DNA from: Candidatus Woesearchaeota archaeon
GTDB lineage: Archaea > Nanobdellota > Nanobdellia > Woesearchaeales > JBBIVF01
Assembly: GCA_037439845.1 (NCBI GenBank)
Contig: JBBIVF010000002.1
Location: forward strand, 21,481-57,697
Direction: 5' to 3'
DNA: 36,217 nt
The translations under genes were made by a program, and so were the position numbers. How positions within the stretch are numbered: position 1 is the first letter of the stretch; each line of letters starts with the position of its first letter. Below, piece by piece: positions 1 to 8,941 of this stretch. Under the pieces are notes generated by a model. That model worked only from the letters and a program-made list of their open reading frames with translations, did no database searches and was not told the origin of the DNA.

Positions 1-491
1 CCATCTTTTCCAGGGAAAAGCTTTTTTGGCTCTGAAACTATAGAATCTATATTTATATTCGCATCAGGCGTGCTTACTTTTACCATCACACTTTTTTCCA
101 CCCAATCATAACTTTCAGTCCTGTATCTAAGCTTGAGCTCATGCATGCCTTGTATAGAATCTCTATCTGTGATTATTTTGTACTTGAAGGTATGCACTCT
201 TTTGTCTCTCTGAAAACCTCCGATATCGCCTAGAAATTGCTGCGTATTATCTCCTGGCCTAATCCTGAATGGATATTCAGGCAAGAGCTCAACAACCACA
301 TCCCTTATTGTACCACCTGCATTGTTCTCTATTTGAAATGTTAGCTCACAAATCTCACCAGGCCTTACAGGATCTGGGTCTTGATTTAGGAGCATCACTT
401 CAACATCTGCGCTCTCTTGAAATCCAAGTTGCGCAACTGCAGTTGTAGCTAAAATCAGTATCAAAATTATTGACACAACTATTTTATTCAT
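1..491 (-). CDS. Secreted CARDB/COG1361-like surface protein, N-terminal part (C-terminus lies beyond window start)
   Basis: Reverse-strand ATG at 489-491 is preceded by GGTGA (497-501). Translation MNKIVVSIILILILATTAVAQLGFQESADVEVMLLNQDPDPVRPGEICELTFQIENNAGGTIRDVVVELLPEYPF... stays open to position 1. It is absent from the ORF track because there is no stop in the window. Signal-peptide-like N-terminus and a PGE..L.F.I.N.G pattern typical of archaeal CARDB-type surface proteins encoded next to ABC systems. Confidence 0.6.
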   Translation of the reverse strand, partial: MNKIVVSIILILILATTAVAQLGFQESADVEVMLLNQDPDPVRPGEICELTFQIENNAGGTIRDVVVELLPEYPFRIRPGDNTQQFLGDIGGFQRDKRVHTFKYKIITDRDSIQGMHELKLRYRTESYDWVEKSVMVKVSTPDANINIDSIVSEPKKLFPGKD

Positions 492-504
492 TTGAATCAC
501 CTTT

Positions 505-1212
505 CTATTTTTTATGATTTTTACCTTTTTTTATTCTGATTATTTTTCCATCTCTCAACATAACAACAGTTTCTGCATGTTCTGCAATATCAGGATCATG
601 AGTAACCATAACCACTGTTTTTTTCAGCTTATGTAACTTAATTAATATATCCATAACATTCTCTCCGCTTTTGGTATCAAGATTTCCAGTGGGTTCATCT
701 GCTAGTATAACTTCAGGATCATTTGCCAATGCTCTTGCTATTGCAACTCTTTGCTGCTGTCCTCCTGAAAGTTCATTAGGAGTATGATTCATCCTGTCTC
801 CGAGACCAATTTCTGAAAGTAAAAACGAAGCTCTTTTTCTTCTCTCTTCAAAACTAGCACCTTGAAATGTCATTGGAAGCATAACATTTTCTAAAGCAGT
901 AAGATTTTTTATGAGATTAAATTGCTGAAACACAAATCCTATTTTCTTTCCTCTTAGTCTAGCAAGCTCTGATTCGCTCAATTTTGAGATATCCTGGCCA
1001 TCTAACTTAATTGTGCCTGAAGTAGGAACATCAAGTGCACCTACTAGATTCATTAATGTACTCTTTCCAGAGCCAGAAGGACCCATTATGGCAATAAAAT
1101 CTCCTTTTTTCACACTCAAATCAACATTACATATTGCTCTTACTATATTCTTTCCCATTTGATAATGCTTACACACTCCGTTAAGTTCTATTATGGGAAT
1201 ATTTTTTTTCAT
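505..1212 (-). CDS. ABC transporter ATP-binding protein (MacB/LolD-like)
   Basis: Walker A GPSGSGKST, signature LSGGQQQRVAIARAL, Walker B ILADEPT, H-loop VTHD. ATGA overlap with the upstream PadR gene. Confidence 0.93.
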   Translation of the reverse strand: MKKNIPIIELNGVCKHYQMGKNIVRAICNVDLSVKKGDFIAIMGPSGSGKSTLMNLVGALDVPTSGTIKLDGQDISKLSESELARLRGKKIGFVFQQFNLIKNLTALENVMLPMTFQGASFEERRKRASFLLSEIGLGDRMNHTPNELSGGQQQRVAIARALANDPEVILADEPTGNLDTKSGENVMDILIKLHKLKKTVVMVTHDPDIAEHAETVVMLRDGKIIRIKKGKNHKK

Positions 1213-1751
1213 ATTTTCTCAAGCTCTTTGTTTGTTTTTATTAAAATCTGGTTTATTTTATCAGCATTTTTTCTCATTTTTCCTTCCTTTGATATTCTTG
1301 CAATATTTTTTTTAAGCCTTAAACTCTCTTCAAATATCTCCTCAAAAGGAGCCTTTCCTTCTCTTAATTGTTTTTCCATCTCTTCTATTATTTCAATGCA
1401 ATCCTGACCAGTTATTCTTCCTAATATTTTTATTATTTTTTTCATCTCTTCAATTATTTTTTCATGATTTTTTTTTAATTCCTTTAGAGTCTCTTCTCCC
1501 TTTGTTGTGATATAATAAATGTTCTTTTTCTTTGTCTTTCTTTCGCCAAGCAAACCTTCTGTTTTCATTTGATTCAACAAAGGATATATACTTCCAGTGC
1601 TTGGTTTCCAACCTGTGCTATTTTTTATATTCACGATTATACCATAACCTGAGTCAGGACATTGTTGCAAGCAATTTAATACAATTTCCCTAAGATGAGC
1701 CGTTCTCATTTTTATTATGTCGATTCCGATATATCTATTATGATATATCAT
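1209..1751 (-). CDS. PadR-family winged-helix transcriptional regulator
   Basis: SGYGIIVNIKNSTGWKPSTGSIYPLLNQMKTEGLLGE...YYITTKGEETL matches the PadR wHTH pattern. I place the start at ATG 1751 because it forms an ATGA overlap with the stop (1748-1750) of the upstream gene. The track start at 1757 is a TTG. Confidence 0.75.
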   Translation of the reverse strand: MIYHNRYIGIDIIKMRTAHLREIVLNCLQQCPDSGYGIIVNIKNSTGWKPSTGSIYPLLNQMKTEGLLGERKTKKKNIYYITTKGEETLKELKKNHEKIIEEMKKIIKILGRITGQDCIEIIEEMEKQLREGKAPFEEIFEESLRLKKNIARISKEGKMRKNADKINQILIKTNKELEKI

Positions 1752-2416
1752 AACCAATATGTCGGTTTAGATATATATTTATTTATAAATTTTTTGGAAT
1801 ATAATGCTTTTTTTGAAAGAAAAAAGTAGGTTACAGCGCCTAAAGCAGCTCCAATGATATTCACAATCATATCTTCCATGGTATCAATATACTGTCCTCT
1901 AACATCATCAGGAGAGCGATCACTATCGCCTGCTCCTGCATAAAGAAGACCATCTCCTACTCCCAAAGACATAAAGCCATAATATTCAGTTATCTCAGTG
2001 ATGGCAGAGAATAGAAAAACAATGCTTATTGCTGCCAGCACAACAGCAGCACGATGTTTATCTTTTCTTATATTGTATTTTTTCTGAATAAATTTTATTA
2101 ATAAAAAAGTATAGATACCGCATACAACAAGATGCGTAAGGTTATCATATGCTAAATCCTTATAGCGAAAACTATAAAATCCAAATGTTCCGAGATTATG
2201 TAGCAAAAACGCAAAGCAAATCAACAAATATGATTTATAATCTAAAAAAAGCTTTTTTCTAAGGATAAAAAACAAAGTGAGAAAAAAAGCAGCAATTATA
2301 TTGTCTATTATCCATTCAGAGCCTCTATTGAAGTTATAAATTCCACAAGAAAGATAAAATATAATGAATAAGATATATATAACTAGATGCAATTTGCTTT
2401 TTTCTTTTCTTCTCAT
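1748..2416 (-). CDS. Polytopic membrane protein (possibly DUF2238/YjdF-like)
   Basis: About 6 hydrophobic helices. The C-terminal acidic motif GDSDRSPDDVRGQYIDTMEDMIVNIIGAALGA resembles the G..D...DM...GA..G end of YjdF-type proteins. Family call is tentative. Confidence 0.6.
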   Translation of the reverse strand: MRRKEKSKLHLVIYILFIIFYLSCGIYNFNRGSEWIIDNIIAAFFLTLFFILRKKLFLDYKSYLLICFAFLLHNLGTFGFYSFRYKDLAYDNLTHLVVCGIYTFLLIKFIQKKYNIRKDKHRAAVVLAAISIVFLFSAITEITEYYGFMSLGVGDGLLYAGAGDSDRSPDDVRGQYIDTMEDMIVNIIGAALGAVTYFFLSKKALYSKKFINKYISKPTYWL

Positions 2417-2519
2417 AAATGCTAATTAGACTCAAGAATATATAAAATTATTGCAAAAAATAAAATTTGCTTTTAAATCATATTAGTAGAAAAATCATAT
2501 TATTAGAAATTTAACTTAA

Positions 2520-4361
2520 TTATTCTTTCTCTTCTTTATAACCTTGCGCCTGAAGACTGAATAACATGGCATACTTACCTTTTTTCTTCATCAATTCCTT
2601 ATGCGAACCCTGCTCGATTATTCTACCTTTATCCATCACAATGACGCGATGAGCCATCCTTACAGTGGAGAATCTGTGTGATATAAGCACAGTTATCTTT
2701 CCTTTGCTGAGTTTCTCGAACCTCTTAAATATTTCATATTCTGCTTTTGCATCTACAGCTGCAGTCGGCTCATCTAAGATAAGTATGTCAGCATCTTTGA
2801 AGAATGCTCTTGCCAAAGCTATCTTCTGCCATTGGCCTATAGAAAGCTCTTTTCCTGTGTCATATATTCTTGTGCCAACTTTTGTATCATATTTCTCTTC
2901 AAGCTCTTTTATGAATTCCCATGCGCCAGCTTTCACCGCTGCTTCATGTAATTTCTTTTTTGAAACAATCTTAATGTTGCCGTATTGTATATTTTCTTTC
3001 ACAAGTCCTTCATATTTCATAAAATCCTGGAAAATGACTCCTATTCTCTCATACAAATCATCTAATGAATATTCCTTAATATTCACGCCATCTATCAATA
3101 TCTCTCCTTTATCCACATCGTACAATCTTGTCAATAATTTAATCAGCGTAGTTTTTCCAGATCCATTCTCTCCAACTAAAGCAACATTTTCACCTTGCCT
3201 GATGACTAAATTAATATTTTTTAGGCTTGGTTTTTTTGCTCTAGGATAAGTGAAAGTGACATTTTTGAATTCAATGCCTTTCTTCAGTTTTACAGGAAAT
3301 CTCTTTGGATTCTCAGGAGATTTTATCTTGTTTTTAAGTGCAAATATGTCTACAAGAGGTGTTATGAAGTTCAAATTAGTGTTTAAGTCAGATATTGTTC
3401 TGACAAACCATCTTGTGTGGCCTGCAAATTGAAAAAGTACAGCCCAGAGGAAAGTCAATTCTCCTACTGATATCCTGCCTTTAATATAAAAATCGACAAC
3501 TATCCATGCTGCATATACGCTTAGGCATCCTTCAACAATCGCGATTCCTATATAGCTAAAGAATTGTTTTATGGCTGCTTTATCTTGTTTTTTGACAAAA
3601 TTAGTAAACAAGTTCTCGAATTTCTCAAGGAAATGAGTCTTTAATCCAAACATCCTTATCTCTTTGATGGCTTCCTTGTTTTCGCTCAACAACCATCTGT
3701 AATAATAGGCCTCTTTATAAATAGGAGAAGTTGTATCGAATGCGCTCCAAAGCACTTCTGAAGCTTTCAATGCAATATATATGCTTGGTATTGCTGCAAC
3801 GACTATCAATAGCACTATCTTCCAACTAAAAGCTAATAATGCAGCCAAAACAACAAACGTAGCAACAAATTCATAGATAAATACAGTGAACATCCAGAAG
3901 ATGTCAAGAACTCTCCAATTATGATGAGCTGTCTTTGTAAGCTTATTATAATATTCAGGATTCTCGAAATACTCAACATCTAAAGAAGATATTTTTTCAA
4001 GCATCTTATATGTTCCATATTTTTCAATTTTAGTGCTATGCATTCTTTTCAAAATACTGGAAGTATCCCAATAGATGATTTGAAGAATTTTAGAGAAACC
4101 ATAAATCACCAAAATTCCTAATATTCCTAATCCCAAAGATTGAGCCAGTGTTCTTTTTGTAGTTCCTACTAATTCATCTATAATAACCTTGAATACATAT
4201 GGTTCAATAATATTTATCAAACCACCGATTGCTGAGAAGAGAATTACAAAATATGTTATGGGTTTGCTTGAATTATAGATCCAATTAAATGTTAGCTTGA
4301 ATGCCTTCCATTTCTTGCTTAAAGGTTGTTTTGTTTCTTTTTCCTGATTTTTGTCAGACAT
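2520..4361 (-). CDS. ABC exporter, fused permease/ATPase (MsbA/type I exporter-like)
   Basis: N-terminal 6-TM domain followed by Walker A GENGSGKTT, signature LSIGQWQKIALARAF and Walker B ILILDEPT. 613 aa. Confidence 0.92.
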   Translation of the reverse strand: MSDKNQEKETKQPLSKKWKAFKLTFNWIYNSSKPITYFVILFSAIGGLINIIEPYVFKVIIDELVGTTKRTLAQSLGLGILGILVIYGFSKILQIIYWDTSSILKRMHSTKIEKYGTYKMLEKISSLDVEYFENPEYYNKLTKTAHHNWRVLDIFWMFTVFIYEFVATFVVLAALLAFSWKIVLLIVVAAIPSIYIALKASEVLWSAFDTTSPIYKEAYYYRWLLSENKEAIKEIRMFGLKTHFLEKFENLFTNFVKKQDKAAIKQFFSYIGIAIVEGCLSVYAAWIVVDFYIKGRISVGELTFLWAVLFQFAGHTRWFVRTISDLNTNLNFITPLVDIFALKNKIKSPENPKRFPVKLKKGIEFKNVTFTYPRAKKPSLKNINLVIRQGENVALVGENGSGKTTLIKLLTRLYDVDKGEILIDGVNIKEYSLDDLYERIGVIFQDFMKYEGLVKENIQYGNIKIVSKKKLHEAAVKAGAWEFIKELEEKYDTKVGTRIYDTGKELSIGQWQKIALARAFFKDADILILDEPTAAVDAKAEYEIFKRFEKLSKGKITVLISHRFSTVRMAHRVIVMDKGRIIEQGSHKELMKKKGKYAMLFSLQAQGYKEEKE

Positions 4362-4409
4362 ATTTATTTCATCAGAAGATTATATTTATATAAATATCTA
4401 TATAAATAT

Positions 4410-4626
4410 CTAAATTGTCTCGCTTTTATCGCACAAATTATTGTTATTTCTATCAATATATTGGTTGCATAGTCCTGGCGCAGGGTCATTTGTTATACCA
4501 TTAGGGCAAGCTGATTGAGTATTTATCTGCACTTGCTGATATGTGAATTGTTGAGGCTGTTCAGACTTACATCCAAGCACTGAGAATATGATAATGAACA
4601 CCAAAAAATATAAATATTTTTCTCAT
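4410..4626 (-). pseudogene. Small secreted Cys-containing lipoprotein-like gene, apparently frameshifted in a T6 run
   Basis: ATG at 4624-4626 forms an ATGA overlap with the stop of the upstream gene and encodes MRKIFIFF before terminating early. The track ORF (4410-4604, TTG start) continues as VFIIIFSVLGCKSEQ.... Removing one T from the T6 run (minus strand, 4603-4608) fuses them into MRKIFIFLVFIIIFSVLGC..., a textbook lipoprotein-type signal peptide. Confidence 0.5.
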
Positions 4627-4883
4627 TGTTTCCCTCTGAATAATGATTTTGTCATTGCAACAAGCCAATTCCAGTGAAGAATTAAATGTACTAAGGCCAG
4701 AACTGCCAAGGCCATGCCGCTCCAATCATGTATTTTGCTTATAAGGAACCACTTAAATCCTCTAATCCCGATACCTAATGCTTTTAGCAATCCTGGAAAC
4801 TTCAATATGCCTGTAATAGCCACCAGAATAAAAGCAATTAGCATTCCTATATCAACAATGTAATTTATCCATGGTCTTTTCAT
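4623..4883 (-). CDS. Small membrane protein, DUF4405-like
   Basis: 86 aa. Two to three TM helices with conserved-looking His residues (IHDWSGMALAVLALVHLILHWNW), as in DUF4405 proteins. Confidence 0.6.
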   Translation of the reverse strand: MKRPWINYIVDIGMLIAFILVAITGILKFPGLLKALGIGIRGFKWFLISKIHDWSGMALAVLALVHLILHWNWLVAMTKSLFRGKQ

Positions 4884-4922
4884 TATTCTCTTTCTTGTCT
4901 TTTGATTTATATATTTTGTGAA

Positions 4923-5618
4923 TTAAAAGAACAGAATTATTAATATTGTTATGATGACCATATTTCCCAAATCAGCAACTGAAGTAGTTAGGGGTATCAG
5001 AAAATTATTTGGATCCTCTTTTTTCTTATAATAATATAGGCCCGCAAAGATGCATAGAAAGAATAATATGCTGACTAGCAGAAGAACATCTACTAACGCT
5101 ATCAAAAATATTTTAGATATCAATAAGGCATCCTGTGGATACTTTGAAATTGCAGCTACAACCTGAGCCAATGTTGCACTTGCTATTGCCATTATGAATG
5201 CGATGATGAAGATCTGATAAAAGAGTTTTTTCAAAGATAAATCAGTCCACCATTTTTTCTTTACTTCGCCTTCATGCAACATTGTTGAAAACCTTGAGGA
5301 GATGATGCTGCAATAGTTGCCTATCATATCATTCAATATGGGCATTAGGATTATTATTGGAATAACTGAAACAAAGATTGGCTTTATGAATTCTAATGCT
5401 ATTCCTCCGAATGAGCTCACAATTGATGCCATCAATGTAATCTTGAGACTTTCTTTAATGATTCTTTTAGGAATATTTGTGTGAGGACCATATTCCTTCA
5501 CATAAAACAATGTTTTTTTAGATATTTTATGTTTCTTATGAATATGATGCACCAAAGAATGATACTTGTGCCTCTCTATTTTTCTTAATTTCTCAAGGTC
5601 TCTCTTTATTAATGTCAT
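4923..5618 (-). CDS. MgtE-type divalent cation transporter membrane domain protein (paralog B, basic N-terminal extension)
   Basis: EDPNNFLIPLTTSVADLGNMV matches the DP.N...P..T...D motif of the MgtE/SLC41 TM domain. 5 TM segments. ATGA overlap with paralog A. Confidence 0.7.
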   Translation of the reverse strand: MTLIKRDLEKLRKIERHKYHSLVHHIHKKHKISKKTLFYVKEYGPHTNIPKRIIKESLKITLMASIVSSFGGIALEFIKPIFVSVIPIIILMPILNDMIGNYCSIISSRFSTMLHEGEVKKKWWTDLSLKKLFYQIFIIAFIMAIASATLAQVVAAISKYPQDALLISKIFLIALVDVLLLVSILFFLCIFAGLYYYKKKEDPNNFLIPLTTSVADLGNMVIITILIILFF

Positions 5619-6157
5619 ATTATCATCACCGTTATTAGCAAAGAGACAACACTAGTTATGTCGCCTGTTGAGGTCACGAAAGGTCCCATAATATTGTTTG
5701 GATCAAGTCCTTTTTTGAAGATATAGAATGTTGCAAAAAGCGTAATAATTATTTCAATTGTATTTGCCAGTATTCCTGCTATAAGAGGTATAAAAATAAT
5801 TTTATAGTATATTGTGTGAGTGAAGAGATATGTAAATAAGCATGCAAGTAATCCTAAAAAAAAAGATACTATAATTGCAAGTATAAAAGAAGCTTGTAGA
5901 TTTCCCTTTATTATGTGAGTTTTGAAATTATCTGTTTTTATAACGCCTAAGAAAAGACCAGAACTCAATCTTGCAGCAAAAGTACCGCTGATATTACCTC
6001 GCATTTCAAGAAATCCAGGCAACAAAATTATCATTCCAGGAATGAGCAGCAACTTGTCACTTGAGGCTGCCAATATAGAACCAACTATTAATCCTCCAAT
6101 TATACAGATGACTTGTACAGAAAATATCTCTCTAAAGTTTTCATCAAATATAATCAT
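5615..6157 (-). CDS. MgtE-type divalent cation transporter membrane domain protein (paralog A)
   Basis: LDPNNIMGPFVTSTGDITSVV motif and MgtE-like TM topology. No cytosolic MgtE N/CBS domains. Confidence 0.7.
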   Translation of the reverse strand: MIIFDENFREIFSVQVICIIGGLIVGSILAASSDKLLLIPGMIILLPGFLEMRGNISGTFAARLSSGLFLGVIKTDNFKTHIIKGNLQASFILAIIVSFFLGLLACLFTYLFTHTIYYKIIFIPLIAGILANTIEIIITLFATFYIFKKGLDPNNIMGPFVTSTGDITSVVSLLITVMII

Positions 6158-6654
6158 CTTTTCCTCTTTTTTTCATTCATTTTCAAGCTTTTGATGAAAT
6201 AATTGAATATTTTAGGATTATTCTCGTATACAGAGATCAAAGGTGCAAGAGGCCCAACTATTGGCAAAGGAGCAATAAGATTGCTCTTCAGAGAATAAAC
6301 TTTCTTTTTTTTGTCATCATTCTTTACATATGCAGTTATGGTTTGGGTAAGATTATAAGCTGTGCGCCCTAAAATGCTTATTAGAGCAAAAGGTGGGAAA
6401 AAAATATCTAAATTTCCAATTGTGCTATACGCTAAAGCAATCTTGATTCCATATTCCGAGTTCTCAATTGCTTTTTCAAGCTCTGATCTTTTTATGTCAG
6501 ATATTTTTCCTTCAAGATGGTCTTTCTCTATGAATCCAAATACTCTTCTCTTGTGCTGCTCATATTTCTGATCGACAATATCATTAAGCTCTTTGATTTT
6601 TTTCCTAGGCGCATGCACAATATACTTCATCAGGATATTATTATAGGATTCCAT
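6154..6654 (-). CDS. Hypothetical protein (first half charged/helical, second half hydrophobic)
   Basis: Long ORF with an ATGA overlap onto the downstream MgtE-like gene. I prefer the ATG at 6654 (MESYNNILMKY...), which sits one base after the upstream TAA (6656-6658), over the track start at 6690. Confidence 0.5.
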   Translation of the reverse strand: MESYNNILMKYIVHAPRKKIKELNDIVDQKYEQHKRRVFGFIEKDHLEGKISDIKRSELEKAIENSEYGIKIALAYSTIGNLDIFFPPFALISILGRTAYNLTQTITAYVKNDDKKKKVYSLKSNLIAPLPIVGPLAPLISVYENNPKIFNYFIKSLKMNEKKRKR

Positions 6655-6655
6655 G

Positions 6656-7339
6656 TTAAACATCAAGCTTGAACTCAGATTTCTTTCCATTCACATCAAT
6701 TATTAATTTTCCTTTTCTTCTTGCCTCTAATCTTGCTTTTTCTGGATCATTCTCATATTGTTTAGGTATGTCTATCTCAGTGATGAAATACTTATGTTTG
6801 ACTGTTACTTCACTGTCTTTGGAGTTGAAACAGAATTCATCCCTTATCATTGCCTCGTATTTTTTTGGAAGCTTCATTGATACAAACTTCTCTGTCAATG
6901 TACCTGGCTTAGGCAATGCTGTTTTTGTTTTTATTTCAATATCTTCTGACTTAAGATTGAGCAAAAGATAATTATCTATAAATTTATTAACGAATTTCCT
7001 GAACTCGTCTGGTGTAAGTTTAGCAGATATCTGATATTTTATGAGTGCTTTAACTTTCTTTACTAATGAAGGTTTGATACCGAAACCAGAAAGGTCATTG
7101 TCTATATTATTTTTCGCAAGAATTATTCCTTTAATGCTTACTTCTGCTTCTACTATATTTGCAGCTAATTGAAAAAATATATCTATATACTCATATCCTG
7201 CCCACATCTGTATTTTGGAGCCGAACTTTATCTTAAGCTCTTCTTTCTCGAATTCGCCTCTGGAGTATCTGACAAATTTCTTGTGCACAAGGTCATCCAC
7301 CTTGTTTTCTGCTATCTTTTTCAAAAAACATATTGCCAT
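6656..7339 (-). CDS. Hypothetical protein, 227 aa, no recognisable motif
   Basis: Uninterrupted ORF in an operon-like chain between the PLP-enzyme-like gene and the MgtE-like pair. Lys/Glu-rich soluble protein. Confidence 0.55.
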   Translation of the reverse strand: MAICFLKKIAENKVDDLVHKKFVRYSRGEFEKEELKIKFGSKIQMWAGYEYIDIFFQLAANIVEAEVSIKGIILAKNNIDNDLSGFGIKPSLVKKVKALIKYQISAKLTPDEFRKFVNKFIDNYLLLNLKSEDIEIKTKTALPKPGTLTEKFVSMKLPKKYEAMIRDEFCFNSKDSEVTVKHKYFITEIDIPKQYENDPEKARLEARRKGKLIIDVNGKKSEFKLDV

Positions 7340-7354
7340 TTTAAATCCTCCTTA

Positions 7355-8146
7355 TCATTTTCTTGTTTTTCTCTTTACCTCTATGCTAATAGCATCATCC
7401 ATAACTCGAATATATCTCGGACATTGAGTGAATTCATATCCATTTGATTCGCAGTATTTAATTATTTTTTTCTTTTCTTTCTCATTTTTATATCTTATAA
7501 TTACATTTATACCTTCATCTGATTTATGTATGATGTCGAATCCTTTTAGTTCCTTCTTTATATTTTTTGATAATTTTTTTAATCTTTCAAGATTATAATC
7601 CAAATCTTTGATTTTATCAAGAATAAGATTCTCAACAGGATATACATTCACAATATCAAATATATCCTTATATTTCCATACTTCGTCTAAGTCAGTCGCA
7701 ACAAAACCTCCGTATCCTACATTGATTGGTTTATCGTTACCAAAAGAACACACATTTATGTGGCCTGTAGATTTTCTCGGGTCTGCAGTGCAATCATTTA
7801 TCAAAATAGAATTTTTTTTGTTGCATTCTTCTAATAAGATTTCCATATCTTGTATGGCAAAATAACCTGGCATGTTCTGCCAAAGTACAACAGAATCTTT
7901 TTCTATTTCTAAACTCTTTACGATTCCATAATCTGTCTTGACTTTTTTCAGTTCAAAATCCAATAAAAGAGGATATTTCTCATAAGTTATCCAGCCTGCC
8001 ATGTCTGGTATATACACTCTTTTCTTGCCGAGCTGCTTGCATATCAATAAGGCAATAAATATAGCAGAGTTGCCTCCGTCTGTGAGCCTAACATTCTTTT
8101 TTTTAGTTAGTTTTCTGATTTTTTTAAGTACTATTTCCTTCATCAC
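7355..8146 (-). CDS. Compact PLP-dependent enzyme-like protein (DegT/aminotransferase fold type I-like)
   Basis: TDGGNSAIFIALL...RVYIPDMAGW...INDCTADP...CSFGNDKPINVGYGGFVATD follows the DegT/class-V order (small-residue helix, D in the ..D motif, SF..K..G.GG with a candidate PLP lysine). Unusually short at 263 aa. Confidence 0.5.
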   Translation of the reverse strand: MMKEIVLKKIRKLTKKKNVRLTDGGNSAIFIALLICKQLGKKRVYIPDMAGWITYEKYPLLLDFELKKVKTDYGIVKSLEIEKDSVVLWQNMPGYFAIQDMEILLEECNKKNSILINDCTADPRKSTGHINVCSFGNDKPINVGYGGFVATDLDEVWKYKDIFDIVNVYPVENLILDKIKDLDYNLERLKKLSKNIKKELKGFDIIHKSDEGINVIIRYKNEKEKKKIIKYCESNGYEFTQCPRYIRVMDDAISIEVKRKTRK

Positions 8147-8155
8147 TATTTCCTC

Positions 8156-8575
8156 TCAACCGAACACAATTGCGATATAATTGATAATAAACCCAAGCAC
8201 AACTCCTACAAGCAATCCTATCACAAAATCTCTAACTGGATGATCCATATACTCATCGTAATAAAGAGGTCTTCCTTGCATTGCTATTTTCTCCATGAAC
8301 TTAAGCCTTTTAATGAGTTCTGTCTTTATTCTGTCTCTGCTTTTGAGATGTCTTATTTTAGCTGCAAGCTCCTCATCATTAAAGACATCTTCTATCCATT
8401 TTGCGAAATCGTTTTTGTTCTCATTGACATGATGCTTGAACGTATCTTCACTCATAATATCAAGCGCTTCTGCAAGCTCTCTTATTGAGCTAATTTCTGC
8501 TCCAAGATGCAATCTAAATGGCTTTTCTGTTTTTGATATTATTCTTTCTGCATGTTCAGGATGTATGTGTTTCAT
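8156..8575 (-). CDS. NDF-motif domain protein, membrane-anchored paralog (possibly DUF5752-like)
   Basis: Core F.L..G..I.S..ELAEALD.M...TF.HHVNENKNDFAKWIEDVF is shared with the upstream gene. C-terminal TM helix FVIGLLVGVVLGFIINYIAIVF. Start set at ATG 8575 (GGGAGG upstream, ATGA overlap with the upstream stop) rather than 8590. Confidence 0.65.
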   Translation of the reverse strand: MKHIHPEHAERIISKTEKPFRLHLGAEISSIRELAEALDIMSEDTFKHHVNENKNDFAKWIEDVFNDEELAAKIRHLKSRDRIKTELIKRLKFMEKIAMQGRPLYYDEYMDHPVRDFVIGLLVGVVLGFIINYIAIVFG

Positions 8576-8928
8576 TTTCTTTCCTCCCAAAGTTTATTCA
8601 CTAGATGTTTTAATACTATTATTTGATGCTCGTCCTTTGATTCGCTTTGAAAAAGCTGCTTAGCGAGATCATATTCCTTATATACATCTTTTATCCATCT
8701 GGCAAAATCGTTCTTGTTCTCATTGACGTGATGCATGAATGTTCCAGAATCCATTACATGTAAGGCATCTGCTAACTCTTTTAGTGTTCTCAGTTTAGTC
8801 CCATCTCTAAGTATAAAAGCTAAGTTATCAGGCACAGGTTCCATAACTGAGAAGCCTTCATTTTTCTTGTTTACCTGACTTCTATAAATGCCTCTAATTG
8901 GAAAAGGTTGTATTGGTCTCATCTTCAT
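8572..8928 (-). CDS. NDF-motif domain protein, soluble paralog (possibly DUF5752-like)
   Basis: AFILRDGTKLRTLKELADALHVMDSGTFMHHVNENKNDFARWIKDVY is paralogous to 8156-8575. The similarity is visible at DNA level (about 8400-8440 versus about 8700-8740). Confidence 0.65.
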   Translation of the reverse strand: MKMRPIQPFPIRGIYRSQVNKKNEGFSVMEPVPDNLAFILRDGTKLRTLKELADALHVMDSGTFMHHVNENKNDFARWIKDVYKEYDLAKQLFQSESKDEHQIIVLKHLVNKLWEERK

Positions 8929-8941
8929 TTTTTATCACCTT

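Noticed and set aside
1159-1407. Plus-strand 82-aa ORF
   Set aside because: It is antisense to the ABC ATPase/PadR junction and has a Phe/Ser/Ile shadow composition.
2665-3432. Plus-strand ORFs 2665-3249 and 3250-3432
   Set aside because: They are antisense to the well-supported ABC exporter (clear Walker and signature motifs on the minus strand) and have a Ser/Phe-rich shadow composition.
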